Origin: Chlamydiota bacterium
Lineage (GTDB): Bacteria; Auribacterota; JACPWU01
Length of the DNA: 32,000 nucleotides
Reading direction: 5' to 3'
Assembly: GCA_016196885.1 (NCBI GenBank)
Contig: JACPWU010000038.1
Coordinates: 1 to 32,000, forward strand
The notes under the pieces were generated by a model that was not told the origin of the DNA, did no database searches, and saw only the letters and a program-made list of their open reading frames with translations. Shown in pieces: positions 1 through 8,729 of the stretch (the stretch's first letter is position 1; each line of letters starts with the position of its first letter). Position numbers and translations under genes: made by a program.

Positions 1-270
1 GAAAGTGGATGATAGATGTTGGATTCCTTTCTCTCGTTCAAGCTTGTGTAGTCGCCCGATTCATCGGGCAGCCCCATAAATGGGGCGACTACAAAATAAG
101 GGAGGCGAGGTAGGGCGGGGCTTTCATTGCACACGATGACCCCCAAAAGGGTCATTGAAATTACATAAGAGGGGAGAAAATCCCTCCCCTTGGGGACAAG
201 GGGCATTTCTCTCCCCGTAGTTACCCCAGGGGGCTATTTCGTTGAGGGGAGTTGGAGGGGTTAAAAGGAG

Positions 271-1212
271 ATGATGAAGATATCGGATCTTGGTGAATTT
301 TCATTGATTGATCGAATTCGAAGGAAGGCCTTTCGGTCTGGGGATGTGCTTGTGGGGATTGGGGATGATGCCGCGGTTTTAAAAGTGCGTGGACAATCCA
401 AAAGGTTGCTCTGGACTGTGGATCATGTAGTGGAGGGCATTCATTTTGAGAAAGGCGAGGATTGGAAGCGGGTAGGAAGAAAGGCATTGGCCCGGTCTTT
501 GAGCGACATTGCGGCCATGGGGGGTGTCCCCAAGCATGCCTTGGTCTCTTTGGGATTGCCTCGCGGGATGGCCGTTAAAAAAATAGATCTTTTTTATGAG
601 GGGTTTTTGAAATTGGCTCGAGAATTTAAGGTGAGTTTGGTGGGAGGAGATGTGACGCACAGTCCAAAGGATTTTTTTTCTTCTGTCGCGGTTCTAGGGG
701 AGGTGAGTCGTGATCGTTGTATTTTGAGAAAAGGTGCGAGGCGAAGGGACGCCCTCTTTGTCACTGGATCTTTGGGCGGGTCACTGCTTGGAAAACATTT
801 GCGCTTTCGTCCTCGCTTGCGGGAGGGGGCTTGGCTGGCCTGCGAAGGGATTGCGGCAGCCATGATTGATGTGAGCGATGGTTTTCTTTCGGATCTGGGG
901 CATATTTTGGAAGAAAGTCATGTCGGGGCTTCTTTGGATTTAAGAAAAATTCCTATTTCACAGGCGGCTCGAATCATGGCTGGGCGAGATGGTAAAACCC
1001 CTTTGAGGCATGCCCTGGAGGATGGGGAGGATTATGAACTTTTGTTTTCTTCCCGAGAGAAAGATTTTTCTTGGATGAAGGCATTTAAGAAAAAATTTGG
1101 AATTCCTGTGACCTGTGTGGGACATGTGATCCATCAACCTCTTAAAATTTTTGCCCATGATGAAAAAAATAACACCTTCGAAATCAAAGCCAAAGGCTTT
1201 CGTCATTTCTAA
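271..1212 (+). CDS. thiL: Thiamine-monophosphate kinase
   Basis: 313-aa ORF with GDDAAVL and VDHVVEGIHF motifs near the N-terminus, typical of ThiL / AIR-synthase-related proteins. Confidence 0.85.
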   Translation: MMKISDLGEFSLIDRIRRKAFRSGDVLVGIGDDAAVLKVRGQSKRLLWTVDHVVEGIHFEKGEDWKRVGRKALARSLSDIAAMGGVPKHALVSLGLPRGMAVKKIDLFYEGFLKLAREFKVSLVGGDVTHSPKDFFSSVAVLGEVSRDRCILRKGARRRDALFVTGSLGGSLLGKHLRFRPRLREGAWLACEGIAAAMIDVSDGFLSDLGHILEESHVGASLDLRKIPISQAARIMAGRDGKTPLRHALEDGEDYELLFSSREKDFSWMKAFKKKFGIPVTCVGHVIHQPLKIFAHDEKNNTFEIKAKGFRHF

Positions 1213-1651
1213 AGAAACTCAAGTTCTCGCGAGTTTAAGTCCTCAGGAAACTTACGCTTGGGGCGTGATTTGTGGGAAGGCCTTCCCTCAGGGGGTGATG
1301 GCCCTCTTTGGGGATTTGGGGGCTGGAAAGACGGTGTTTGCAAAGGGGGTGGCGCATGCCTTGGGAGTGGCAGATGCCAGAAAAGAGGTGCTGAGCCCCA
1401 GCTTTACGATCGTTCGAGAACATGAGGGGGATGTTCCTTTTTTGCATGTGGATCTCTATCGGGTTTCTTCTCGTGAAGAATTGGAAGAGCTTCATTTGAG
1501 AGAATATTTTGAGCGGGGAGGAGTGGCCTTGATTGAATGGCCAGAAAAGGCATTGGAGTTTTTGCCTTCTGAGAGGCTGGAAATTTATTTTGAGATTTTG
1601 GGTCCGAAAAAAAGGAGAATTTCTGTGAAGAGACGGATGAAGGCCTCATGA
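1151..1651 (+). CDS. tsaE: tRNA threonylcarbamoyladenosine (t6A) biosynthesis ATPase TsaE
   Basis: P-loop GDLGAGKTVFAKG and a size typical of YjeE/TsaE. The start is uncertain: ATGs at 1151, 1157 and 1160 all overlap the thiL 3' end by about 60 nt, and no later in-frame ATG/GTG/TTG was found. Confidence 0.8.
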   Translation: MPMMKKITPSKSKPKAFVISKETQVLASLSPQETYAWGVICGKAFPQGVMALFGDLGAGKTVFAKGVAHALGVADARKEVLSPSFTIVREHEGDVPFLHVDLYRVSSREELEELHLREYFERGGVALIEWPEKALEFLPSERLEIYFEILGPKKRRISVKRRMKAS

Positions 1652-2325
1652 AAGTGCTTGGGATCGAGACTTCAACGCGTGTGGGCTCCCTCGCCTTGGT
1701 AGAAGGGGGTCGCGTCCTGGGTGAAAAGGTCATCAGCGAAAATTTGCGTCACGCGGGTGCTTTTGAGGAAGTGCTAGCGGATCTTTTTCGAGAGACGGGG
1801 GTTCAGAAAAAAGCTTTAGATGCCATTGCGGTGGGATTGGGTCCGGGCTCGTTCACAGGGATTCGCATTGGACTGGCGATAGGAAAGGCGCTTGGCTTTG
1901 CTCTTCAAAAACCCCTGTGGGGGGTAGGGACATTGGATGTTTTAGCGCATCAGGTTTCTTCCCCTTTTCTTAAATTTTCTCCCTTGATTTTGGGTGAGGC
2001 CCGAGAAGTTTATGGATGCCTTTTTGTGAAGGTGGGAAACGTGCTTAAGAAGGAAGTCCCAGAATTTGTCACCCCCATTGAAAATTTAAAAAATCATATT
2101 TCTGGAGACGTTTTTTATTTTGGACCCGCGCTGGAGCGGGACGGATCTTTTTTGGAAAATATTTTTGGAGCTCAGTTTGTGGACAAAAAAATTCTTTTTC
2201 CGAGTGCTTCGAGAGTGGCCCTCTTGGCACAGGATTCACAGTGGAGAGTGGAAGGTCCTTCTATGAATCCTCTTTACCTCAAACGCCCGTTCATAAAACA
2301 GTCGACACAGATGATTGGGAATTAA
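1648..2325 (+). CDS. tsaB: t6A biosynthesis protein TsaB (YeaZ)
   Basis: N-terminus MKVLGIETSTRVGSLALV and the GPGSFTGIRIG motif. The start overlaps the tsaE stop (ATGA). Confidence 0.85.
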   Translation: MKVLGIETSTRVGSLALVEGGRVLGEKVISENLRHAGAFEEVLADLFRETGVQKKALDAIAVGLGPGSFTGIRIGLAIGKALGFALQKPLWGVGTLDVLAHQVSSPFLKFSPLILGEAREVYGCLFVKVGNVLKKEVPEFVTPIENLKNHISGDVFYFGPALERDGSFLENIFGAQFVDKKILFPSASRVALLAQDSQWRVEGPSMNPLYLKRPFIKQSTQMIGN

Positions 2326-2328
2326 AAA

Positions 2329-3456
2329 ATGCCTTTGAAAACGCTGATCCAAAAGAAAGAAAAAGTTTGGCTTGAGATTGATGGTAAGATGATTGGCTAC
2401 AATGTGTCCTGGATTCGGCAGTGGGTGGGTTCTCAGGTATCTCTTTTAGGCGTTGTGAAGGCCGATGCCTATGGTTTGGGCGTTCTTGAAATCTCAAAGG
2501 TTCTTCTGGAAAATGGGGCGCATCCATTAGGTGTGACGAATGTCCAAGAGGGGATTTACGTAAAGAAGCATTTCCCTCAAGCCTCTGTGGTGATTTTGGG
2601 GCCGAGCTTTCTGGATCATGTGGAGGAGATTTTAGAATGGGATTTGGTTCCCATGGCTTCCTCTTTGGAGTTCTTAAAAAGACTGAATGAAGTGGCTTTG
2701 GTCCAGGGTAAATCGGCCAAGGTGCATCTGATGATGGATACGGGAATGGGCCGAATTGGGCTTTGGTATGAGAAGGGGGAAGAGTTTTTTAAGGCGTTAA
2801 CGGCTTTTAAGGCGATTACCATTGAAGGGGTGGCCAGCCATTTTGCTTCTTCGGATGAGGAAAATTTAGACTTTTCGAAGTTGCAGCTCAAGCGTTTCCA
2901 AGAATTTCTTTTTCAACTCAAGGTGATGGGTTTTGAAGTAGGGCTACGGCACATGGCGAACAGTGCGGCCCTTTTGAGGATGCCGGATTCTTTTCTCAAT
3001 ATGGTACGCCCCGGAATTTTATTATATGGTATTTACCCCAGTTCTTTTTGTCCGAGAAAGGAACTGAAGACGGCTCTTTCATGGAAAACGAGAATAGCCT
3101 TCATTAAGGAAGTAGAGAGGGGCCGTACGGTCAGTTATGGAAGCACGTTTGTGGCTTCTTCCAAAACCAAAATTGCGACTTTGCCCGTGGGTTATTGCCA
3201 TGGCTATGATCGGCAGCTTTCGAATCAGGGAGAGGTTTTGATTGATGGAAGACGGTGTCGTGTCGTTGGCCGCGTCACCATGGATCAGATCATGGTGGAC
3301 TTGGGATTCCATTCTCCAGCCAAAGTGGGGGATGAGGCCGTTTTGGTAGGAAAACAAGGGGATGAGGAAGTGACGTTTGAAGAACTGGCTGAGAGAGCCC
3401 AGACCATTCCCCATGAATTGTTATCACGGTTGAAAGTGCAAAAATATTATCATTAG
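2329..3456 (+). CDS. alr: Alanine racemase
   Basis: PLP-lysine motif VVKADAYGLGV, plus the C-terminal YGS and VGRVTMDQ motifs. Confidence 0.9.
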   Translation: MPLKTLIQKKEKVWLEIDGKMIGYNVSWIRQWVGSQVSLLGVVKADAYGLGVLEISKVLLENGAHPLGVTNVQEGIYVKKHFPQASVVILGPSFLDHVEEILEWDLVPMASSLEFLKRLNEVALVQGKSAKVHLMMDTGMGRIGLWYEKGEEFFKALTAFKAITIEGVASHFASSDEENLDFSKLQLKRFQEFLFQLKVMGFEVGLRHMANSAALLRMPDSFLNMVRPGILLYGIYPSSFCPRKELKTALSWKTRIAFIKEVERGRTVSYGSTFVASSKTKIATLPVGYCHGYDRQLSNQGEVLIDGRRCRVVGRVTMDQIMVDLGFHSPAKVGDEAVLVGKQGDEEVTFEELAERAQTIPHELLSRLKVQKYYH

Positions 3457-3470
3457 AAAGAAATTATTTT

Positions 3471-3857
3471 ATGAAAAAAATTATTTCTACTGCTCATGCC
3501 CCCATTCCAGTCGGACCTTATTCTCAAGGAATACAGACGAATTCGCTTTTGTTTGTCTCTGGCCAAATTCCAATGGATCCTGTTTCAGGCAAGATGGTTT
3601 TGGGGTCTATTCAAGATCAGGTGGAGAGGGTATTGGAAAATGTGAAGGCGATTGTAGAAGCAGCAGGTGGAAATTTATCAAATGTCGTGAAGACCACGAT
3701 TTTTCTAAAGGATTTGAAAAATTTTGAAGCTGTTAATCAGGTGTATTCAGAATATTTTGGGGAATCAAAACCGGCTCGAAGTACAGTAGAGGTGAGTCAA
3801 CTTCCCAAGGGGGCTGAAATGGAGATAGAGGCGATAGCGGTTTTGGAAAAACAATAA
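3471..3857 (+). CDS. ridA: RidA/YjgF family reactive enamine/imine deaminase
   Basis: 128 aa with APIPVGPYSQG, FVSGQIP and the C-terminal PARSTVEV..LPKGAEMEIEAIA pattern. Confidence 0.85.
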   Translation: MKKIISTAHAPIPVGPYSQGIQTNSLLFVSGQIPMDPVSGKMVLGSIQDQVERVLENVKAIVEAAGGNLSNVVKTTIFLKDLKNFEAVNQVYSEYFGESKPARSTVEVSQLPKGAEMEIEAIAVLEKQ

Positions 3858-3863
3858 AAACAG

Positions 3864-3950
3864 CTGTGAGTGGTGAGGGGTGAGTCGTGAGTAAAAAAAT
3901 AATACTTTTAAAACTCACCCCTCACCGCTCACCTTTCACCCCTCACGACT
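3864..3950. repeat. Hairpin built from inverted heptamer arrays: (NNGTGAG)x4 facing (NCTCACC)x5
   Basis: GTGAGTGGTGAGGGGTGAGT (3866-3885) pairs with ACTCACCCCTCACCGCTCAC (3913-3932), 19 Watson-Crick pairs plus one G-T. Both arms have 7-nt periodicity. It starts 7 nt after the ridA stop and has no U-tract. Confidence 0.8.
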
Positions 3951-3967
3951 ATAAGGATTGAATTCCC

Positions 3968-3997
3968 TTGACGGTTCTTTAAGTTTTGTGTTAGTTT
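3968..3997 (+). promoter_or_regulatory. Candidate sigma70-type promoter for the 4021-8411 operon
   Basis: TTGACG (3968-3973), a 17-18 nt spacer, then TTAGTT/TAGTTT (3991-3997). A GGGAGG RBS precedes the GTG at 4021. Confidence 0.4.
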
Positions 3998-4020
3998 TCG
4001 CCCTTCGGGAGGGGTGAGCT

Positions 4021-4383
4021 GTGGAAAAGGCAGGAGACATCGAGTTTAAATGTGTTCAAGAAGAGTGCGATGGCCTCGTTCAATTTTCAATCTTGAATGT
4101 GAACCAGCATATTTCTGTCCAATGTCCTTCTTGTCACAAAGATTATACCTTCAATAAAGATTTTTCAGATAAAATCAAAAAGTTTGTGGATTTGATTTTG
4201 GCCGTTCGTGCCTCTGAAGATATTTTGGGCAACACCTATGTGGCCATTGATGTGGACAATCATTCTGTGCGGGTTCCGTATCGCCTGCTTTTAACGAGGC
4301 TCAACACGCTTTTGACGCTTCAGATCGGGACTCAGGAGATCATTTTTAAATTTCGCGTGGAACCTTTACAGACCCAGGCTTGA
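4021..4383 (+). CDS. Hypothetical Zn-ribbon protein (CxxxxC ... CPSC)
   Basis: 120-aa ORF with a GTG start behind GGGAGG. Four Cys are arranged as two knuckles (CVQEEC, CPSC). I recognised no family. Confidence 0.6.
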   Translation: MEKAGDIEFKCVQEECDGLVQFSILNVNQHISVQCPSCHKDYTFNKDFSDKIKKFVDLILAVRASEDILGNTYVAIDVDNHSVRVPYRLLLTRLNTLLTLQIGTQEIIFKFRVEPLQTQA

Positions 4384-4386
4384 CGC

Positions 4387-4788
4387 GTGAACGATCCCAT
4401 TCGGATTTTGCCAGATCTTCAATTCACCGTTCTTTGCGATGATGTGCGTCGTGAGCACAATGGTAAACTCATTCTCCTGGGGCTTTTTGAAACAGTGGGG
4501 GCGAGCCGTTTCCCCATCATTCATCCGACCCTTTTTGTGGTCAACCGCTGGTGCAATGGAGTGGGGGAATACCGTCAGAACACCGTGATTCGTCAGCCGG
4601 ATAATTCCGTTTTAGCGGAGGATGCGCTCACCGCTATTAAATTGGACGACCTCAAGGCCAAGCACACGGTGATCGCCCGTTTCAACAATCTGCGTTTTTC
4701 CAATCCTGGTGAATATGCGGTAGAAATAAGATTGGATGGAGAATTGAAGATTCGTTATCCCATGGTGTTGACTTCGTCTGCCAAATGA
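4387..4788 (+). CDS. Small uncharacterised beta-rich protein, paralog of 18605-18997
   Basis: 133 aa with a GTG start 3 nt after the upstream stop. It shares LCDD, K-x-[LS]-L-x-G-[LI]-F, FP-x-x-H and PG-x-Y motifs with the 130-aa product of 18605-18997. It may belong to an uncharacterised Pfam DUF (DUF6941 from memory, unverified). Confidence 0.65.
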   Translation: MNDPIRILPDLQFTVLCDDVRREHNGKLILLGLFETVGASRFPIIHPTLFVVNRWCNGVGEYRQNTVIRQPDNSVLAEDALTAIKLDDLKAKHTVIARFNNLRFSNPGEYAVEIRLDGELKIRYPMVLTSSAK

Positions 4789-5780
4789 TCAAAAAAGGCG
4801 TGAGTTATTTTTCCAATCGCTATCTGTCTCATTTCAAAGAAGATCTAGTCGAAATTCAGTCTTTCCCTTTTCATTATATTCTTCATACCTTCAGCGAAAA
4901 TGATTTGGCTTATTATCGGGGAACTTTGCAAAAGATGATTGCGCTTTCCAAGGAGGCGGGGCTCCAGGTGTATGTGGATCCTTGGGGGGTGGGAGGGGTT
5001 TTTGGCGGCGAGGCCTTTTCGAGGTTTGTAGCACAGCATCCTGAAGAATGTCAGGTGCTCTCTTCGGGACGTAGGCTCGCGGCGGCATGTCCGGCTCGCC
5101 CTCGCTTTTTAGATTTTATGAAGGGGTGGCTGGAAGCAGTTTCTCAATTAAAATCCGATGTTGTTTTTTGGGATGAGCCCCATTTTTATTTTGAAAATAA
5201 CTTGACCTCAAGAAACTCAAGTGAAGATTGGGCCTGCTGTTGTGATTTTTGTCGACATGAATTTAAAAAGCAGTGGGGCCATGAAATGGGTCCCGAGCTA
5301 ACCGCAGAGATTCTTACATTTCGGGAGGAGTGTCTCATTTCATTTTTGAGGAGTCTTTGCAGTCGAGCCCATCAATTGGGTTTTAAAAATGCGGTTTGTC
5401 TGGTTCCCAAATTCGAAAAAATTTTAGGAATAGAGCATTGGGAGAAAGTAGCTTCTTTACCAGAAGTAGACATTTTGAGCGCTGATCCTTATGCCATCCT
5501 TTTGAATGTCCAGGTGCGAGATTTTGTGAGAGAAATCACTCAACGTGTGACAGGCTTGGCGCAAAAATTTGGAAAAGAATCCGAGATTTGGGTCCAGGCC
5601 TTTCGAATCCCGAAAGGCCGCGAAGAAGAGGTGACGTGGGCCATTCAAGAAGCCTCTTCCGGGAAGCCCTCTCGTTTGGCGGTGTGGTCTCATCGGGGGA
5701 CGGAGGCGATGTCTGAGCTTTCATGCGATCGTCCAGAGCTGGTTTGGGAAAAGGTGAGAGAAGGATTTCATGGTCGCTAG
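4785..5780 (+). CDS. Hypothetical protein, possibly a clan GH-A-like TIM-barrel hydrolase
   Basis: 331 aa, with the start overlapping the upstream stop (ATGA). VVFWDEPHF resembles the NEP acid/base strand of clan-A glycosidases, and EIWVQAF is a possible nucleophile strand. The assignment is weak. Confidence 0.4.
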   Translation: MIKKGVSYFSNRYLSHFKEDLVEIQSFPFHYILHTFSENDLAYYRGTLQKMIALSKEAGLQVYVDPWGVGGVFGGEAFSRFVAQHPEECQVLSSGRRLAAACPARPRFLDFMKGWLEAVSQLKSDVVFWDEPHFYFENNLTSRNSSEDWACCCDFCRHEFKKQWGHEMGPELTAEILTFREECLISFLRSLCSRAHQLGFKNAVCLVPKFEKILGIEHWEKVASLPEVDILSADPYAILLNVQVRDFVREITQRVTGLAQKFGKESEIWVQAFRIPKGREEEVTWAIQEASSGKPSRLAVWSHRGTEAMSELSCDRPELVWEKVREGFHGR

Positions 5781-6915
5781 ATTCACTTTTTGGAAAGGTG
5801 ATTTTCTAAGAAAGGCTTGGGCCTTGGAATGGTCTCTTCGCCTTTGGGGTGGGAAAAGGGTTTTAAGCGATTATTTTCTTTCTCGTTCCCTCTCGGTCGG
5901 CGTTCCTTTGTCCGATGCCATGGATGTTTTTAGAGAAATCAGGTCCATGGAGGATTGGGTGAGGCTTTGGTATGGATTGGGCTTGAGGCGGGAAAGGTTG
6001 GCCTTGGAGGCAGAGCGTGAGGAAAGGATGATGAGCGCTGCCTCCTTTTGGATGATGGCACGGGCCGCTTTTCAGATGGCGCAATTTCCTTTTTATGGTT
6101 ATCCGGATTTGAAAGACAGAATTTACCGCCGATGTGCTGCTGCTTATCGAAAGGCGGTTCCGTATCTTGTCCCTCCTCCTCATGTGATAGAGATTCCATT
6201 TCGATCCTTTCAATTGCCAGGCTATTTGAGATTTCCTGTGAAAGATCCACAAGACCTTTGCGTGGTCATTTTAGGAGGGATTGACGGTGTCAAAGAAGAG
6301 ATGCATTACTATGCAGATTATTTTGTCGCTCGAGGATTTCCCACGCTCTACTTCGATGCGCCGGGTCTGGGGGAATCCTGGCGGCAGGTGAAGATGACCC
6401 CGGATTATGAAGAATTAGGGAAGGCCATTTATCGTTTTTTATCGAATTACAACGGCACCCCTTTTTCAAAAATCGGGCTTTTCGGAATCAGTTTGGGGGC
6501 AAACATGGCTGTACATATGGCAGCCAGTGCTATACCCTTTCAGGGTTGCGTGGTGGTTTCTCCTCCTTTTCATCCCAAGGATTATTTTAGGCATCTGTTT
6601 TTTCTCATTCAAAAGGCGGCTTATCATGTGATTGGAGGAAAAGGCCCTCTCCATGAATTTATGGAGAAGATTTCGCTTGAGAAAGTGGCGCCTCGTGTGA
6701 AATGCCCCATGCTGATTGTCGGAGGTGAGCGAGACACGATTTTGCCGGGAGAAGAAGCGCTTCTTCTATATGAGAAGGTTACAGCCCCAAAGCGGCTTTT
6801 ATTTTATGAAGATGGGACCCATGGCTGCCCTGAACATACGGTCGAGACGCTTTGGGAGGCGGAGAAGTTTTTTGAAAAGTTGGCATCGGGTCTTGAGCCC
6901 ATTGGAAAAATGTGA
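5770..6915 (+). CDS. Alpha/beta hydrolase (FrsA/dienelactone-hydrolase-like esterase)
   Basis: GxSxG nucleophile elbow GISLGANMA, with downstream GGERD and EDGTHGC (Asp/His candidates). It overlaps the upstream ORF by 11 nt. Confidence 0.75.
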   Translation: MVARFTFWKGDFLRKAWALEWSLRLWGGKRVLSDYFLSRSLSVGVPLSDAMDVFREIRSMEDWVRLWYGLGLRRERLALEAEREERMMSAASFWMMARAAFQMAQFPFYGYPDLKDRIYRRCAAAYRKAVPYLVPPPHVIEIPFRSFQLPGYLRFPVKDPQDLCVVILGGIDGVKEEMHYYADYFVARGFPTLYFDAPGLGESWRQVKMTPDYEELGKAIYRFLSNYNGTPFSKIGLFGISLGANMAVHMAASAIPFQGCVVVSPPFHPKDYFRHLFFLIQKAAYHVIGGKGPLHEFMEKISLEKVAPRVKCPMLIVGGERDTILPGEEALLLYEKVTAPKRLLFYEDGTHGCPEHTVETLWEAEKFFEKLASGLEPIGKM

Positions 6916-8411
6916 AACCTCCTTTCATTCTCTCGATTGACCAAGGCACTTCCAGCTCTCGGGCGATGGTGTTTGATGCTCGGGGTCCATGCGTCGCTGC
7001 GGCATCACGGCCATTGAAGGTGCGTTATCCCCATCCCGGCTGGGTAGAGCAGAATCCAGGGGAAATTTGGAAAACCGTTTATTTATCCGTCCAAGAAGTT
7101 TTAGAGAAGATCGATAAGAAGGGTCAAGTGGTTGCAATCGGCATCACCAATCAAAGGGAGACTGCTCTTCTTTGGGATGCAAAAACCGGCCGCTCGGTGG
7201 GTCCTGCCATTGTTTGGCAATGCCGCCGGACGGCGGATCTTTGTGAAAAATGGAAAAGGATTTACGGAGAAAAATTTTTTCACGGGAAAACAGGACTGGT
7301 CGTAGATCCCTATTTTTCAGCTTCCAAAATCGTTTGGATGTTTCATCAAAATCAGGATCTTCGGCACAGGGCTGCAAGGGGAGAGATTCTTTTTGGCACG
7401 GTGGACAGTTGGATATTATGGAAATTGACGGGGGGGCATGTTCATGCGACGGACCAGACCAATGCCTCGCGAACGCTTCTTCTCAATCTTCAGAAAGCCT
7501 CATGGGACCCCGAAATTTTGGACGCCCTCAAAATTCCTTTGAACATGTTGCCTCACGTGAAGGAGTCTATCAGCCATTTTGGCAAGACCACTCGCTTAGG
7601 AGTGCTTCCCTCTGGGATTCCTATTACAGGGATTGCGGGGGATCAGCAGGCGGCTCTTTTTGGCCAGGCCTGCTTCAAGTCGGGCATGGTCAAAAACACG
7701 TATGGCACAGGCTGCTTTATGTTGTGGGCCTTGGGAGAAAAAAGGATTTTGTCTCGACACGGACTTTTGACGACGCGGGCCTGTTTTGGAAAGAGTCAAA
7801 TGGGTTATGCCTTGGAGGGAAGTGTTTTCGTCGCAGGCTCGGCGATTCAATGGCTGCGGGATGAAATGAATTTTATCCATCGCTCTTCGGACTGCGAAAA
7901 ATGGGCGCTTGGCCTCAAAGACAATGGAGGTGTTTATCTTGTGCCTGCCTTTACGGGATTGGGCTCTCCTTATTGGGATCCTCATGCCCGAGGGGCCATT
8001 TTTGGTTTGACACGGGGAACGAGGAAGGCCCATCTCGTTCGGGCGGCTTTGGAAGCGATTGCTTATCAAACAAGGGATGTTCTAGAGGCCCTTGAAAAGG
8101 AGGTTAAGTGTCCCATTCGAGAATTGCGGGTGGATGGCGGAGCGTGCAAAAATAATTTTCTGATGCAGTTTCAGTCAGACATTTTAAATTGTGAAGTCAA
8201 TCGTCCTGACCAAATTGAGACTACGGCTCAAGGGGTGGCATGGATGGCTGGGTTGGGCGTGGGCTTGTGGAAAAACACAGATGAGGTAGCCCGTCTGAGA
8301 AAAACGGATGTAAAATTTTCACCCATGATGAAAAGTGCTGAAAGAAAAAAACTTTATCGTGGATGGAAAATGGCGGTATCAAAGGTTATGACCCATACAA
8401 ACCCGTTATAA
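6912..8411 (+). CDS. glpK: Glycerol kinase
   Basis: ILSIDQGTSSSR, GITNQRETALLWD and GDQQAALFGQ motifs. The GTG start overlaps the upstream stop (GTGA). Confidence 0.92.
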   Translation: MKPPFILSIDQGTSSSRAMVFDARGPCVAAASRPLKVRYPHPGWVEQNPGEIWKTVYLSVQEVLEKIDKKGQVVAIGITNQRETALLWDAKTGRSVGPAIVWQCRRTADLCEKWKRIYGEKFFHGKTGLVVDPYFSASKIVWMFHQNQDLRHRAARGEILFGTVDSWILWKLTGGHVHATDQTNASRTLLLNLQKASWDPEILDALKIPLNMLPHVKESISHFGKTTRLGVLPSGIPITGIAGDQQAALFGQACFKSGMVKNTYGTGCFMLWALGEKRILSRHGLLTTRACFGKSQMGYALEGSVFVAGSAIQWLRDEMNFIHRSSDCEKWALGLKDNGGVYLVPAFTGLGSPYWDPHARGAIFGLTRGTRKAHLVRAALEAIAYQTRDVLEALEKEVKCPIRELRVDGGACKNNFLMQFQSDILNCEVNRPDQIETTAQGVAWMAGLGVGLWKNTDEVARLRKTDVKFSPMMKSAERKKLYRGWKMAVSKVMTHTNPL

Positions 8412-8533
8412 ATTGCGTGTCATCTCGAGGAGTGCCTTTGCGGGCGAGAGATCTTTCTTGTAGCGTTAAAAACAAGATTTCTCTTTGCTGTTGCTCATCG
8501 AAATGACAATGTGATGTGAAAAACAGCGTTTGC

Positions 8534-8729
8534 TAATAACAGTTTAGCACCCATTCTCCCTCAAGGGAACCGAGGCGGTTTTTGATGGGGCGTTGAAGTC
8601 GTTCGCGAGCATGGTACCTCGACGAATAGTCGAGGTGAGCGAACGACTTCGCCGAGCTCGTCCCGATCGCTGGTCGGGGCGAGCGTCCCCATCAAAAATT
8701 GCCTCGGTTCCCGTAGCTAAACTATTACG
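8534..8729. repeat. ~196-nt branched imperfect palindrome (possible structured RNA or palindromic repeat element)
   Basis: Nested pairings: AGTTTAGC 8541-8548 with GCTAAACT 8716-8723; GGGAACCGAGGC 8565-8576 with GCCTCGGTTCCC 8701-8712; GGTTTTTGATGGGG 8577-8590 with CCCCATCAAAAATT 8687-8700 (12/14); GAAGTCGTTCGC 8595-8606 with GCGAACGACTTC 8639-8650. There is an apical hairpin CCTCGAC/GTCGAGG (8617-8635) and a side hairpin GCTCGTCCCGA/TCGGGGCGAGC (8656-8684). Confidence 0.7.

Noticed and set aside
48-92. A tRNA-like gene at the window start
   Set aside because: It is only 45 nt, with two mini-hairpins. It has no acceptor/T-arm geometry and no GTTCRANNC T-loop, so it is too short for a tRNA.
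100-270. A TPP riboswitch upstream of thiL
   Set aside because: No CUGAGA or ACCUGAUCUGGAUAAUGCCAGCG-like conserved cores were found. The region is instead made of G/C-word hairpins shared with the lpxA leader.
8534-8729. A TA target-site duplication for the 196-nt palindrome (which would make it a Tc1/IS630-type MITE)
   Set aside because: A TA dinucleotide on each side is expected by chance too often, and no second copy in the window allows the boundaries to be confirmed.
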